64,000 nucleotides of DNA from the human T2T-CHM13v2.0 reference genome, Homo sapiens. The stretch lies in the NCBI RefSeq assembly GCF_009914755.1, contig NC_060925.1. One strand, written 5' to 3'. Under the pieces are notes generated by a model, which did not search any database, was not told the origin of the DNA, and saw only the letters and a list, made by a program, of their open reading frames with translations. The position numbers were made by a program, and so were the translations under genes. Positions 14,420-37,809 of the stretch are shown here, piece after piece. How positions within the stretch are numbered: position 1 is the first letter of the stretch; every line of letters begins with the position of its first letter.

Positions 14420-15255
14420 TCAGATATCTTGGAGTTATCCTTGACTTCTGATCTTGTCTTTGATGGTACAATTGAAATTCTGTCAATTGTGTCATCAAAA
14501 TAGCATCTTGTCCCATTTCCATTACCATCATGCTGGTGCCTGTTCTAGCTCCCTAACTGTTTTCTCTGGGATTTTTCTTACAACCTGCACCCACACCTCT
14601 CCCCAGTTTGATGTTGGCAGAGTAGCTAAAATACTGCTTTAAAAATGTAAGTCATATATAGTAATGTTCTGTTCTAAACTTTAATAATTTTTTATCTTAC
14701 CCAGAGTCAAAACCAGATTCCTTAGAATAGCCTACAAGGCCCTATACAAAGTAGTCTCAGTTAATTTCTCTTTTCCTGGTACTCATTGCATTCCAGGCAT
14801 AGTAGTGCCCTTGATTTTTCTCAAACACACTAGGCATGATTCCACCTCAGGAATGTTTTCTGTGATTCCACCTCTTAGCATTACTCTTCTCTTTACTTTT
14901 TTATTTTTATTTTTTAGAGCCAGGGTCTTGTAGTTTCAAAGGTGACTTTAAATAAAACTTTGCTCATGTTAAGAGAAGCGATGTGGATACCTGATGCAAA
15001 AATAAAAAACAAACCAGGTGCAGTGGTGTGCACCTGCAGTCCCAGCTACTAGGGAGCCTGAGGCAGGTGGCTCTCTTGAGCCCAGGAGTTTGAATTCAGG
15101 CTGGACAACATAGCAAGACCCTGCCTTGTCACCTATTTTTTATCTTGCCTTGAATGTATTTTTTTTCCTGTTTTAATCATTGTAACATCTCTGTTGCCAA
15201 AAACACCATTGGGCATACGGTCTAACTCCAGATATATTTGTTGGATAAGTGAATA
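14420..15255 (+). mobile_element. L2a fragment split by a FLAM-containing insertion
   Basis: tcttggagttatccttgact...atagcctacaaggcccta...cacctcagg and L2 3' end tatttgttggataagtgaat. Confidence 0.65.
14897..15123. mobile_element. FLAM/Alu monomer with inverted tail segment
   Basis: Minus-strand tail 14897-14930 (poly-T...agagccagggtcttg) and plus-strand monomer body 15012-15123 with no A tail. Confidence 0.75.
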
Positions 15256-17506
15256 CTTGAAGTCAGATATCTTAATGACTAGTTACTTGTGCCTTCTAGA
15301 CTCAGTATTTCTTTGCCTTTGGCAATGTTGTACAAGATTCCAGATTCCTGATCTTGACTCCTTTTTTTTTTTTTCTCTCTAGACTTCACATAGGCCACCA
15401 TGTTGCCATGTTCTCTTTTTTGCAGGCAGGTTACATAATACAGATGACTAGCCTGGAGCTTTCTTTTGTATTCAAACATATATTTCTGGCTTTGCACAGT
15501 TGTTATTTTGTCTGAACTTCGAAGTTCCCAAATAGACTCAGGGATCTATCTCTTGTAGTGGCTTATTTCTACTGAGAACTAATTTTGTCATTTGTGGTTT
15601 ATTTCTGAAAGTTTCATTCTCAAATGGCAACATTAATTTAAATTCCAGGGCAACTCATTGTAGTCCCTAGGAACCACTTTGAAAGTGTTAAAAATGAGTT
15701 CAGTTCAGCTGAGAAGATTTAAATTCATATAATCAGCGTTTATTCCCTGCCACCTCCTTATTATAAATGGTGGTTAGGTGTATAGGCCAACCCACAAAAG
15801 CCTATTTTATTCACATGAAGCTGATCTGTAGTTCTAATACTACCATTGTACATACCTGATTTATAATCTTTTTTACACAAGAAAATGTATCGAAGTTTTA
15901 AACAGCTGTGATGGCTATTTGGCTGCAAGTTCCAACACATTAATCTACAAACATTTTTAAAACATAGCTTGATGACAAGTTTACATCTACTTGGAAATAT
16001 TTCATCATCTTGGATAAAATATGACATTCGATGTTGATTAAATATTGTATACAGCAATTGGAAATTAGAAAGTGTTAAGTAGTCACATTTAGACTTAATT
16101 TTATAGTTTTTTCATCTATCTTTTATACAACATTTTGGCCCTTCCTTTCAGTCTGTATACCGTATTTTCCTCTTTTCTGTCTATATCTTCTGGTTAGTAA
16201 ATCACATATTGAGACTGACTGTTTTAGCATTTAAAAGTTTAGCAATTTTGTTAAACAAAAAGACAGAAAATTTACTGCTGAATGGCAAGGGACCATTCTG
16301 ATGGCCTTTGTTTTGTTTTAATAGGGTGGTTGAGAGAAAAAAAGATGCAGTTCAGCTCTGAACCATTCTGTAATAGACCATTATTAAGAGAGATGGGAAG
16401 AGGGAGCCCTTTACTTCCATTTCAGAGATGTTTGCACTTGGAAGTATATGAATTCTTATGTTTTCTTCGGAGCTGTTTGAACTTTATTATATAATGTACA
16501 CATTGGCATCCAATTATTCACCTTCAGATATTTGTGTGTTGCCCAAATATTCTAGCACAAATGCTAGAAGTGCCTAGCATTTCTCAAACTGACACCTATG
16601 GGTTCCCTGGATCTTTGAGAACTTATTTTTGGTTATCCATGAGTACAGTAATAATGTTTAGATTTTCTATTTCATTATATAAAATAATTGATATAAGATA
16701 TTCTAGATTATCTAGATGCCCCTTTTGCACTGGTTTACATTTACATTGGAACAAAGTAAAGGTCAATTGATATCACAAAAACTAATGCAGAGTTTAGTCT
16801 TAGTTTAAATTGAGAAAATAGTTGGGAGAATTGAACAAGCATAAGACTCTGGTACAAAGATGTAAAATACAAAAGAATATGCATCATGCCACATTTACCT
16901 TTTAGGTGAATGTATTGAGTAATTAGGTAGATACCATCTTTGTATAAATTACAACACTTCTTTCTTTTGTTTTGCAAAGTTATGAAAATATTTTCATTAA
17001 TGATATTTTAAAATTTGGTATTCAGTTTTGTTGTAGAAAGATGTGGACCGTCATATAAAATGAACGATTGGTCGTCAAAAGCGAGCTTGCTGTAAAAAAA
17101 GGAAAATAACAAAAATTAATTAATGGTCAATATATGCTCAAAACAACAATGATTAGACCAATGGTAACTGACATACAATGTACAAATACTGTAGATAAAT
17201 ACAGCTTTCCACTACCATACTCATTGTTGGCAACTATCTTTTAGAAAAAAACATTATATATCACATTAAATTAATGAAGTTAAATTAATTGCTTGTTAAG
17301 AAATTTCTCCACTCTTCTTATTTCCCTATAGAGAGATACACATTAGAAAAACACCTCTGACATCTTGCCCTACCCCTCGTTTTTGCCCATGCAGGAGTAG
17401 TGAATTGTGTGGTTGGAAGATGAAAACCACTGATCTATGTTCTTTGATTGGGTAGAGCTAATCTGGTGAAACACTGTAGGCATTATGAATTAAAACTCTC
17501 TCTCTG

Positions 17507-23317
<5,811 letters not shown>

Positions 23318-24059
23318 TGAATTCAGTCCCTCTCTGATACAGTCTTTCTCTCTGTCTCCCTCTCTCCCTCCATCCCAACTCCACCACCCCCACTCCTTGA
23401 AACTAGTACAAAGCTCTGATCCTGTGTGAATTGTAGCTGCTCTGTAGACCTAAACTTTCTATAAGTAGGCTGTCCCAAGATTTGGACTCGGACAGGTTAT
23501 CCTCACACCAAGCCATGTTCTTCAACAGCTTTATCAGTATGAAAGATGATATTTTGCTCTCCACTTGTCTCTTTCATTTGATTAGTTCCAATCTTGGGAA
23601 AGGGAGGGGTTAATCATTATTGAGCCTCTAAAACTCCAACTTTTTTTTTATTTTGTAAATTTGCCTTAGTTTTATGGTTATATGGGCACTAGATGCAAAT
23701 AATTGTATTTATTTTTATGTTACATAAATGTAAGTACAATTATAATGAAAATAATTTAAGCCAACACCAAAAACCCCTGAACATGTTTTTCTTTTAATAT
23801 GCATCCATATAACATGTAAGTAGGAGAAAATTTGAGGCAGCAGAATTGTCACTAACACACTCAAACTCAATCAAAATAAAGATTAAAGCAATTTCCCCAG
23901 AAACTTTTAAAAAAATAAAGTCAGCAACAACAACAATTTTACAATATGGTAATGATGATAAGTGGTTTTTGAATTTCCCTGTATTCACCACAAAAAGTGA
24001 AAAAGAAACTTTTTTTTTGCTTTTAGACAATATGTGTGACAAAACTAACTGACAAAATA

Positions 24060-24665
24060 TGAATCCTAAAATATTACTAGGTCACGTAAAGCTACCAACA
24101 GCAATAATACCTGCATCATAGCAACCTCTAGATATGACTACCCATTTCCTGGAAAGACAACAGAGGAACATGTTATACCTCTCTATAGAAATGCAGTCAG
24201 CATATTCCAGTCAATGGGAAGAACCCTGCTGGAGAAATGGTATCTTTAACACATAACTAAAAGAGTAAAAAAGGATTGATTAGAGAGACTTCCAGGGAAT
24301 ATTGGCATATTGAGCAGCTGCAATGTATGACTCATATTTGAATCTTGACTAAAATTATAAAAATTGTAAGAAAAGTTAGAAAACGTGAATATAACTGAGT
24401 GTTTGCTTTATTAATCAAAACTTTTTTTGATGTGATAATGGTAATGTGGTGTTTTAACAAAGAATTTCTAACTTTTAGAGGTGTTTAATGAAATATTTAC
24501 ATGTAAAATAATATGGTGCCTTGAAAGGAGGATATAAAATGAGGTATAGATGGAATAAGACTGATAACAAGTAAATAATTATTGAAGCTGGATTATTGAG
24601 GTACATTATAGTATTCTCTTTAGTGTGGAATATGTCTGAAATTTCCTATAATAAAAATTTTAAAA
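24060..24665 (+). mobile_element. Old L1MC/L1ME 3' end fragment
   Basis: gtgataatggtaatgtgg...gaaatatttaca...attgaagctgg...tgaaatttcctataataaaaa typical of L1MC4/5-type ends. Confidence 0.6.
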
Positions 24666-26119
24666 GCCCCTTAGGAACACAAAGGGACATTTAAATGAGA
24701 CGATAAGGACCAAATGATGGACTATTAGACTTCAAAAAAAGTGTTTTCATAGTTCAAAGAAAAGGAAGTCCAAATAAGATTTTGAAATCCTAGGTATCTA
24801 GTAAAATTATTTCCAATTCTGTTCAAATATTAGGTGTCCCTAACAATCTACAATAACAGGTAAGAGCAAAGTTATTTCTTTTAACTTTGGAATGTATTTC
24901 CTTCTTACAGTTAAAAAGGCTTATCTGATAGATTGACAATTTCCCTAAACATTTATCAAATCATAGCTTTACAATACGTGTGGCTGAGAATGATTCACTT
25001 TAGCCCTTTTGGGAGCTGGGGCATCTGAGCTCCTGAGCTAAGACTTCCAGCCTCTAGCTGTGTGCAGCCTTGTCTTTTTTATCTTAATGAACTATACAGA
25101 TATTGTCATTTCTAAATCCCTGTTATGCCCTAAAAATGCATGGGAAGCACTAGACTATACTATAAATCTGACTTGTGATTCCCTCTACTTAGGAACTATT
25201 CTCTATGCCCTACATCATTGTTCAGAAGGTTAGTGTCTTTTCCCAAACAGAGATACACACTTCAGATAGAAGCAGATGTCAATCTGTCAACTAACATGTA
25301 TTTATTGATTTCCCAGACACAGTGGGAAGGGAAGATACATACTTGATCTTACCATCTGTTCTCTCTAAAAATCCCTTTATTTCTCCACTGGCTTTGATAT
25401 TACAGAGTCACTAGTGCACTCGAGAGTCTACGGTCAGTTAATAGACATTTAATGAGTGGATAACAAATATCTGTCTAAGTGTTGGATTCTAGAGCTCAAG
25501 AGGTAAATATGTAAGACATGGTTCTTGCTATCCTTTTCTTAGTTCTCAGTCTCTTTGCTCTCATTGCTAACTTTGACACCAATGAACTCTACCTTGTAGA
25601 AACTTTCTAATTCTTAAGTTTCCAGATGGCTCCCTATGCTCTCTCTGCTCCAAGCTGATTGCATCTTTCTAAAAATTCACTGATTGATGCTGCCTCTGAT
25701 GAAATATAGGCATTTCTATCATCATCTCTCATTTATTTAACAGTATTGATATTACTACTATGTTCCGGGCTCAGGGAACCCATCCGTCCAGCAGGAGACA
25801 GAGACTGCTAAAGACTAGTAAAGTACAAGAAAGCGCAATTAATTGAGAGAGTTCTGAAGGACACTGTCTGGTGCTAGGGAGGCACTTCATAGAGAATGTG
25901 AAAATTAGCCAGAGTTTCAAAGGATGACATACTGAGTTGAGTTGACGTTTTATTTCCACTGTTCCTCCTTCTTCCATATAGCTGGGATTAGCCATAGAGC
26001 ATTCACCTATTTATTCATTCATTGAATAAATACTTATCAAGCACCAACTATGTGAGAGGGACTCTGCTAGGCAGATTCAGCAGGTGGATGGTCACCAAAC
26101 TGGCAAAGGGACTGTATAG

Positions 26120-26470
26120 CAGGGGGCCCCCAACCCCCAGGCTGCAGACCAGTAGTGGTCTGTGGCCTGTTAGGAATTGGGCCACGCAGCCGCAGGTGAG
26201 CTGTGGCTGAGCCAGCGAGCATTACCGCCTGAACTCTGCCTCCTGTCAGATCAGAGGTGGCATTAGGTTTTCATAGGAGTGCAAACCCTCTTGTTAACTG
26301 TGCATGCGAGGGATCTAGGTTGCACACTTTTTATGAGAATCTAACTAATGCCTGATGATCTGATGTGGAACAGTTTCATCCTGAAACCACCTCCCTCCCA
26401 CCACCCCGTCTGTGGAAAAATTGTCTTCCACAAAACTGGTCCCTGGTGTCAAAAAGGTTGGGGACCACTG
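26120..26470 (+). mobile_element. MER1B (hAT-Charlie MITE)
   Basis: TIRs CAGGGG.CCCCAACC / GGTTGGGGACCACTG; 8-bp TSD ctgtatag / ccctatag. Confidence 0.9.
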
Positions 26471-26704
26471 CCCTATAGGGAATACAGATAATCTGGGTCA
26501 GTGACAGGGAGTCACTAATACAGGATCAGTCCAGACAGAGGAATGGGAAATCTAGTCTGATTCTTGGAAGATATTGTATCCTCAGGAATTTGTGACAGTT
26601 GTATAATCAGACAATTTTGGAAGTGTAGGCATGTAATGCAGTTAAATCATTGTCCGTTTCAGATACAATCTATCCCATTTACATTAGTTCACATCTCAAA
26701 TATG

Positions 26705-26855
26705 TTATCTTGAGCAAAGTTATCCATTCTGTGTCCTTGTTTCCATATTTGTAAAATGAAATAAAGGATAGCTACCCTGTAAGTTCTTGAGGGATATTAA
26801 ATATAATTTATATCATTCAAGAATTTTTGTCACCTGAAAGTGCTCAATAAATGCA
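26705..26855 (+). mobile_element. MIR fragment
   Basis: ttgagcaaagtta...tctgtgtccttgtttcc..atttgtaaaatg...gtgctcaataaatg. Confidence 0.65.
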
Positions 26856-28869
26856 ATTGTTTAAAGTTATGGGATTTTGAACTAATATTGTTGTAGCATT
26901 TCCTGAAAGGATGAAACAGCAAGGTATGTGTGTATGTATCAGTGTGTGTGTATTATAGACACAAGGTGTACAAGACTTCACAGACTGTCACAGAAAGAAT
27001 TACTTTGTGAACTACTGATAGTAATTAATCATCATGAATTTAAATATTAGTTGTCAGTTCTCAATGACAAGAATAGCATTCAGGAGGGTTAGAATTCCAC
27101 TCTGTTTTTCTGAGAGGGAGGCTGGATGGTTTGCGTACATTTGTTAGTAGCTGAGTAAAATTCACCCCTTATAATCTGTGAGGTGATCTTTGTATTAGTC
27201 TATTTGCTTTAATTTTTACTGACCAGAGTGCTCGAAAAAGCTGCACTTATTACTTGGCTATACCATGTTTTTTTTTTTTTTTAAATGGCACTTTTGTATC
27301 TTTTAGTAGGAAAGATGAAATTTCAGTTTATTTTGGTTTGTAACTTGTAACTTTTTTCATCAACTAACAGAAATCCTCTCATAAGGCAATTATAGCCTTT
27401 AGTCATTATTGCCATAACTTCCACTGCTTTCATTAGAGATGGTGAAAAATATGAGTGTGGTTGTGGAAAGGGTTTGAGAACTAAGACAGCTCACATATGT
27501 CATAAGATTAATTTTAGACTAGATATTTTTTCCATTCAATGCTCACTTACTTTCTCCATTTTTTACAGTATCTTGCTAAGATTTAAAATATCCAAGAGAT
27601 TTTCACCCAGAGAGTATTGTTTCCCAAGAGGGTTAGTTCTTATGCATTTATATTCTCCAAGCTGAATAAATTGCAGAGCTAGGCCAAGAAATGTGTAAAA
27701 GGTTTGCATAACCTAACCATGTCTCCAGAAATAACATATTCATTCTTAGATGTTATTTTTGTCTTTAAATCATGTCTGGATGCTCACAACAGCACTATTG
27801 AGCATAAAGTGTATCATTTCTCCAGTCTTTCATTAATCCCCCCTTTGCTTCCTTGCTACCAGCCAAAAAACAAACCAGGAAACAAACACACTAACTAAAC
27901 CAAAATTTTAAAGAATAGGAAGGCCAAAAATTACTTTCTGCTTAACATACATCAAAATTATTGAGGTTTTTTTGAGGTCTCATTGTAAAAATGAGATAAA
28001 AACAAACAAATTAATACCTTTCCATCTGTGTGCATTGATGGCACTCCTTAATAAAAAGTCTTTGTGACTAACAAGAAAATTAGCAAAAGAGTTATAATAC
28101 AGTATTCGTCTTTCAAATCACCAAGAACCAAAGTTTTTAGTGAGAAGAGGGTTACAACCTTTTTTCCCATGTGCATTGGATCCTTTAAGTAAATTATCAG
28201 CAGTACGACAAATATCTTATTATTACTATATGGGTGTGACCAAGCCTGTTCTTGTTTAATTTAGAGCTAAGCAGGATAGAGTATCAGAGAGTATAGTAAT
28301 AGATAGCAACATGCTGTGACTTAGGTAGGTCCAGGTAATATTAGTAGTAATTTTAATGGTCTAAAAGCTAGGTAGATAAGAATGAGAGTATCTGAGTCAA
28401 GAGAGTTAGACACCAAATTACAAGTGCCAAAATTAGAGGAAGAATCGGTAAGACTGAAGTCTAAGGGCAGCACTTCAGCCCCGGGGTATGATCAACATTG
28501 GAATCTTGGGCAGAATATTTAGATCCAGGGACAGGGGATGATGACAGGGACCTAGTTAACAGAACCGGAATTCAAGGTAGAGATTTGCTTCTAAGGACAA
28601 GATAGATACTTGGCTATTAGGGTGAGTCCTAGAGTCAGAATCCTTCAAATGATGATTTAATTTGATCTATTTGAAGTATGCTTTAAATCTCTTCATGACT
28701 AAGGTCAGAATTGATCCAGGACCTTGGAGTGCTAGAGCAGGGCTTGCAAGTGAGAGTTAAGATGAACTTTTCCCATTTATTCTTCATTCCCTAGTGACAC
28801 ATAGTTCCTTTTTCTCTAATCTGAACTAGTCTGTTAGTTTAACTGTTGACTTAACTTACAGCATGGATT

Positions 28870-29060
28870 AAAGACAGGAATTCTAGTATTAAACAGATGC
28901 CCTTACTAGCTTTGGGACCCAGGTTAGCTTATTCAACTTCTCGAAGCCTCTGTTTCCTTATCTACAAAATGCAAATAAGAAAATTATTTCACAGCATTAT
29001 TGTTAGCATTGATGTAAAACACTTGGCATAATGCCTGGCACATAGCTAATTAGAATTTGT
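28870..29060 (+). mobile_element. MIR
   Basis: cttactagct...aacttctcgaagcctctgtttccttatctacaaaatg...aatgcctggcacatag. Confidence 0.75.
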
Positions 29061-30269
29061 ACTTTATTTTTATTTCTAACTAACTACCAGCTATGAAAAG
29101 AAGACTTCAGTTGCCTGAAAGGTTGATACTTAGGCACAAGTTGACACACAACTTTCCATCGTCTGACCATGAATTGTGCAGGCTGCTCCTTCTGCCTCTT
29201 TCATTGTGTCTGTCTGCCTGGCTGACTTGTGTGACAGTCCCATAATAATTACCAATAAAAATCATGTAATAATGCTTGCCAAGAAGTATAATACATGAAA
29301 TTCTATCTCTAGATGTCTACTTAATATATTAATCAATTTCACCTAAGCTTTGAATATGATTTTCAACTCTTGAATACAATATAATATGGAGTGCTTTTTT
29401 TGATGGATGTGATTCTTTTGTGAAAACTTAAGCATTGTACCAAGAATAAGATGTGAATGTGTTTTTTTAAAGAGTAGGTGAAGCTAAAAATTGTGCTCTA
29501 ATGGTTACTATTTTGGTTTCATGCATGATTTTATGGCAAAAACCTACATAAATTGTGTATAAGTTATTCAATTTCTTCCTTTGGGCTTATCAAACTCACA
29601 GGTTTTTCCCCAAATTTGTGTGTGCAGATATAGTCATATTTCAGGAAATGTGAAGTTTTAAAAATTTTCTTCCTGACTGCTCACCAAATTACTTAGATTT
29701 TTTCCTGAAATCATTCTCAGGAAAGTGGTCACATTTACGAGTGATAAAATTACATGTGCAATTTATTGAATAATTGTTAATAATTAATGACAAATAATGA
29801 ACTGCAGTCAGGAGACAGATTCTGGCCTCAAATAATTTACAGTTCTTAAAATTATGAGTAGATACTTCTCGGTAGGGTCCATGTTTCAGTTGACACTGGG
29901 CTCACTCTGAGAACAGGAAGTAATCAGATTACAGTGATGGTTTAACGCTATCTTACTTAGAACTTAGATCAAAGAGTTACAGCAGCTTTATAATCCTCAG
30001 CACTCAATGAATAGATTGCCAAAGTAAATCTCAGTTTGTTTAATGTCTAGTGAAGCAGAGGAAAAAGCAGCTATTAAGCATCACAATTTTTAAAGGAGGA
30101 CAGAATGACAGTGTTAATGGATGTGGAATTTTCTCTGTCCTCAGTCAGCATGCTTCATTGAATACTTATGGAATGAAAAGTACTTGGTGCAAACTACTGT
30201 ACACTAAGCGTTGTGGTGGGATATAAAAAAGGTATAATAAAGGCATTTGTGTAGGACATTGCAGGTAAA

Positions 30270-30430
30270 GAAAATTCTTTCACATATATCATCTCATGTG
30301 ATATTCACAACTTCCATGTGAGGAAAGAATATAGAGGTTATCATTTTTTCCCACTTTACTGATAAAACGACTGAGGATTTTGAGATTAATGATTTATTCA
30401 ATGACCTGCAGAGCTAGCATTGGATCCACA
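30270..30430 (-). mobile_element. MIR fragment
   Basis: atcatctcatgtgatattcacaac...cccactttactgataaaacgactgagg. Confidence 0.65.
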
Positions 30431-30444
30431 TCTTCATATGCAAA

Positions 30445-30965
30445 TAAATATTCATTCATTCAAACATATTAATCTAGGGACTACTATGTGCCGAGTACTG
30501 GTGCTATGCCAAAACAAAAAGCCCCTGCTTTTCCAGAGCTCATATTCCACACGGGGAGGTAAAACTATAACAATTTCAAGTAAAAAATGCTGGGCTGTGG
30601 AGGGATGGTGCAGATGTAAGTAAAGCGTACTGACAATTCAGAAAAGGAAGTCCTTTTACTCTGGCAAGAAAGATAGGGATGTCTGCTAGATTTTGAAGTT
30701 GTGTGTAGTGGGAGTTCTTCAAAGGGAAGTTGGGACTGGCTCAAGCACAAGATAGAACTCGGGAAGTAAGATGAGTAGGGGCAGCAATGAAACGTGACGG
30801 GAAAGAAAGGTTGGGGATTATGTCCCAAAGAGCTAGATACATTTGTTTGAACTTTCTGTGGTAGGGATCACTGAATATTTTTAGGTATCAGAATGATCAC
30901 CAGAAAATAAGACCAAGATGGTAGAGTGTGATATGTAGATATAAAGTGTGAGATTGGAGACAAGA
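30445..30965 (-). mobile_element. L2 3' fragment
   Basis: attcattcattcaaacatatt...ctactatgtgcc...ccctgctttccagagctcatattc. Confidence 0.65.
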
Positions 30966-31316
30966 GCCAGTTTTTTAAGGACCAGTTGGTTTAAAGCTTT
31001 TATCTTCTACAATTATGTTGTACAATGCAGTTATTACAATAATCATCACATACTTTCCTCAGTTACTTCTTTGAAATATAAAAAAGACATTTAAAAATGT
31101 TTGGGAAATTAATGAAGAATTTAATAAAAAGTAACCCTTTTAGTTGAGTATATGGAATGAACAATTCTCTGGTTACCAAGATCATTGTCTAAGACCAACA
31201 TTTTATGAAAACGTGGAATTCTACATATATGTGTTAGGGCTTGAAATATATTTCATAAATAGAGGTAGAGATTTTTAAAACAATTCTGATTATTTTCCTT
31301 ATCTATAGTTTGTTCA

Positions 31317-33445
<2,129 letters not shown>

Positions 33446-34260
33446 GAAAGATTTTTTTCTTCATATTGTACTCTCATCTTCATTCAATTGCTTTATTTAT
33501 TTTCATGGATAGTCAAAGTAGTTCAAAAATTGATATAAGGTTGTGGGGGCGGAAGTTTTTTTAGAATTTAAAGAACAGTGCAGATGAAAGGAGTTTTATT
33601 ACATATCCTAAATCTTAATTTTTAGCCTGAATCACTTAATAATTACTTTATAATAATCAAATTATTTTATATTTTCTCACTACTCACCAATAGATTCACG
33701 GTATGCTTTTTATTATAAACATTTCTGTGTATAATTTAATGCTTGTCAATACTTACAGAAATTCAATGAACTGAAATATTGTCCCTAAAAAGTTGTCAGT
33801 ATCTGTTTTTCTGGATTGTAAAGTTTATAAATATGATAGCACACAATGGAGCAATACTTAATATTTTGTCAAATAGTTAAAACAAATATATATATACATA
33901 TTACATGTACATACATACATATGTGTATGAAGTTTTATTTTTAGAGTTAAATTTGTTAAATTAGAAAAATAAAATGGAAATATTATTGTATTTAGTAGTA
34001 AATCTTTTTATATAGGTGTCAGTGAGTGTTTAAATTCTTCGGAGTTCTCATTAGTAAATTATTTAAATTATTGGTGGCCAGAGTTCCCCAAATATATGGT
34101 CTAACAGCTGTTGATTAATAAATTTTCATAATTTATGACACATTGTATGTATATAGAATTATTAATAACTGTTACTTATAATCATACAATATGAAATATT
34201 TCCGTGGTTGGAAAATATAGCCTGAAAGTGTGTTTCTGTCCATTTTCAAATTAGTGTGAT

Positions 34261-36376
<2,116 letters not shown>

Positions 36377-36419
36377 TATAAAGACAATATGAAAACTTTT
36401 GGAACATACTTAAATAATG

Positions 36420-36550
36420 AGAGTATTTTTTGAGTGCTATGATGTGCCAGGTATTATCTAAAGTCTTTACATAGTTATCTTGATGTCTACTTTATGCAAA
36501 ATTTTATTCCCAGTTTAGAAATGAAGAAACTGAGACACAGAAAGGTCACA
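36420..36550 (-). mobile_element. MIR fragment
   Basis: gatgtgccagg...cccagtttagaaatgaagaaactgagacacagaaagg. Confidence 0.7.
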
Positions 36551-37809
36551 CCCTGGTTTCTTCCCTCCTTTTACCCTCTAGACTCCCACTGGTGATTTTA
36601 TTGGCTGAACTCAGGAGTTAGCTGTCAGGGGTGCCTGAGATATGCAGTAGTCAAAATTCTTCCTCCCAGGCCATAAAATACAAACCCAAAGCAGGGAAGG
36701 GCAAAGAGTGGGTCCCAGGGAAAACAGGCCCAGAACTAACAGATAACTACTGTGTAGCAGGTGCAGGTATGTGCTATTTTTTTTCTGATATTTATAAGAT
36801 TTTGTATGAAATTTTACTTGGTCATTTCTTTGTTTTAAAAATGTTAAGCTCCTGCTAAGTAATTGTGACTGAAATATATATAAAATAAACAGACCAGTAG
36901 AAGAAGAGACAAGTTCATAAATAAATAACATATAAAACATAATTCTATAAGGTAAATATGTATAAAATGTATTATAGAAAAATATGAGAAGAGATTTAAT
37001 TTGGACTGGAGGAATCAGAAGTCTAGAAAAGCTAAGAAAAAGAATGTGACGTGAGCTGGGTTTTGAAAGAAATAGGAAACTAGAACCCAGTTAGGTAGGC
37101 ATTTAGGCACAGGCTAAACATAAATAAAAGCATGAAAACTACAACGGGAATTGTATATCAGGCACAATGACTTGCCTGTATAGCTGTAGTACAAGGAATA
37201 TGGAAGAAAGTGGAAAGATAATTGTTCACTGCATGAGCTCAAAGTCATTTATACATTTGAACTGTATTCCTAACCAAACTTAAGGGCTGTTTACTTCCCA
37301 GATTTCTGAAGATTGGTTGTATCCATCTTTCTCTTCTCATTGTTTGCACAGACCAGCATAGTGTTAATGCTGTTCTTGGTCTATGTATCATTCCTTCATC
37401 ATATAAGGACCTTGGAATTACAAAGGAAAAATGCAGTTGGCTTGCCTTCCCCAAAACATCTGTATTTGCTGCTTCCCAAAACATTAATATGCATCATGGT
37501 TACTACAAGACTTGCAAAGGTGATGCTGATGTGTCTGTGTCTGGCTTGTTACTGTTTGTACCTTCATTTGCTAGATTTGAAGTCTGGCCAGGGAAATAAT
37601 GTGGGCAATTGCTCAAGCTATGCTGCTTCAGCTTCCCTTTAATACCTGGTCAAGAGCAGTCTCCAGTGATGCTGGGTACTCTGAACACCTCTGCTGCTTC
37701 ATGACGAGTAAGGACTCAGAATTTAGACAAGGGTGATTCATACCAGGCCTGAGTAGGTGGCCATCAATGTAATATAAATCTTTTAAAGTAGAAAAGTATT
37801 TCCATGCTT

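Noticed and set aside
15761-16057. 98-aa minus ORF with internal CAG|gtatgt donor
   Set aside because: Composition not protein-like, weak acceptor, no homology recognised
16550-16583. Overlapping short inverted repeats (ttctagca/tgctagaa, aaatgctag/ctagcattt)
   Set aside because: 8-9 bp arms; expected by chance, no RNA-gene features
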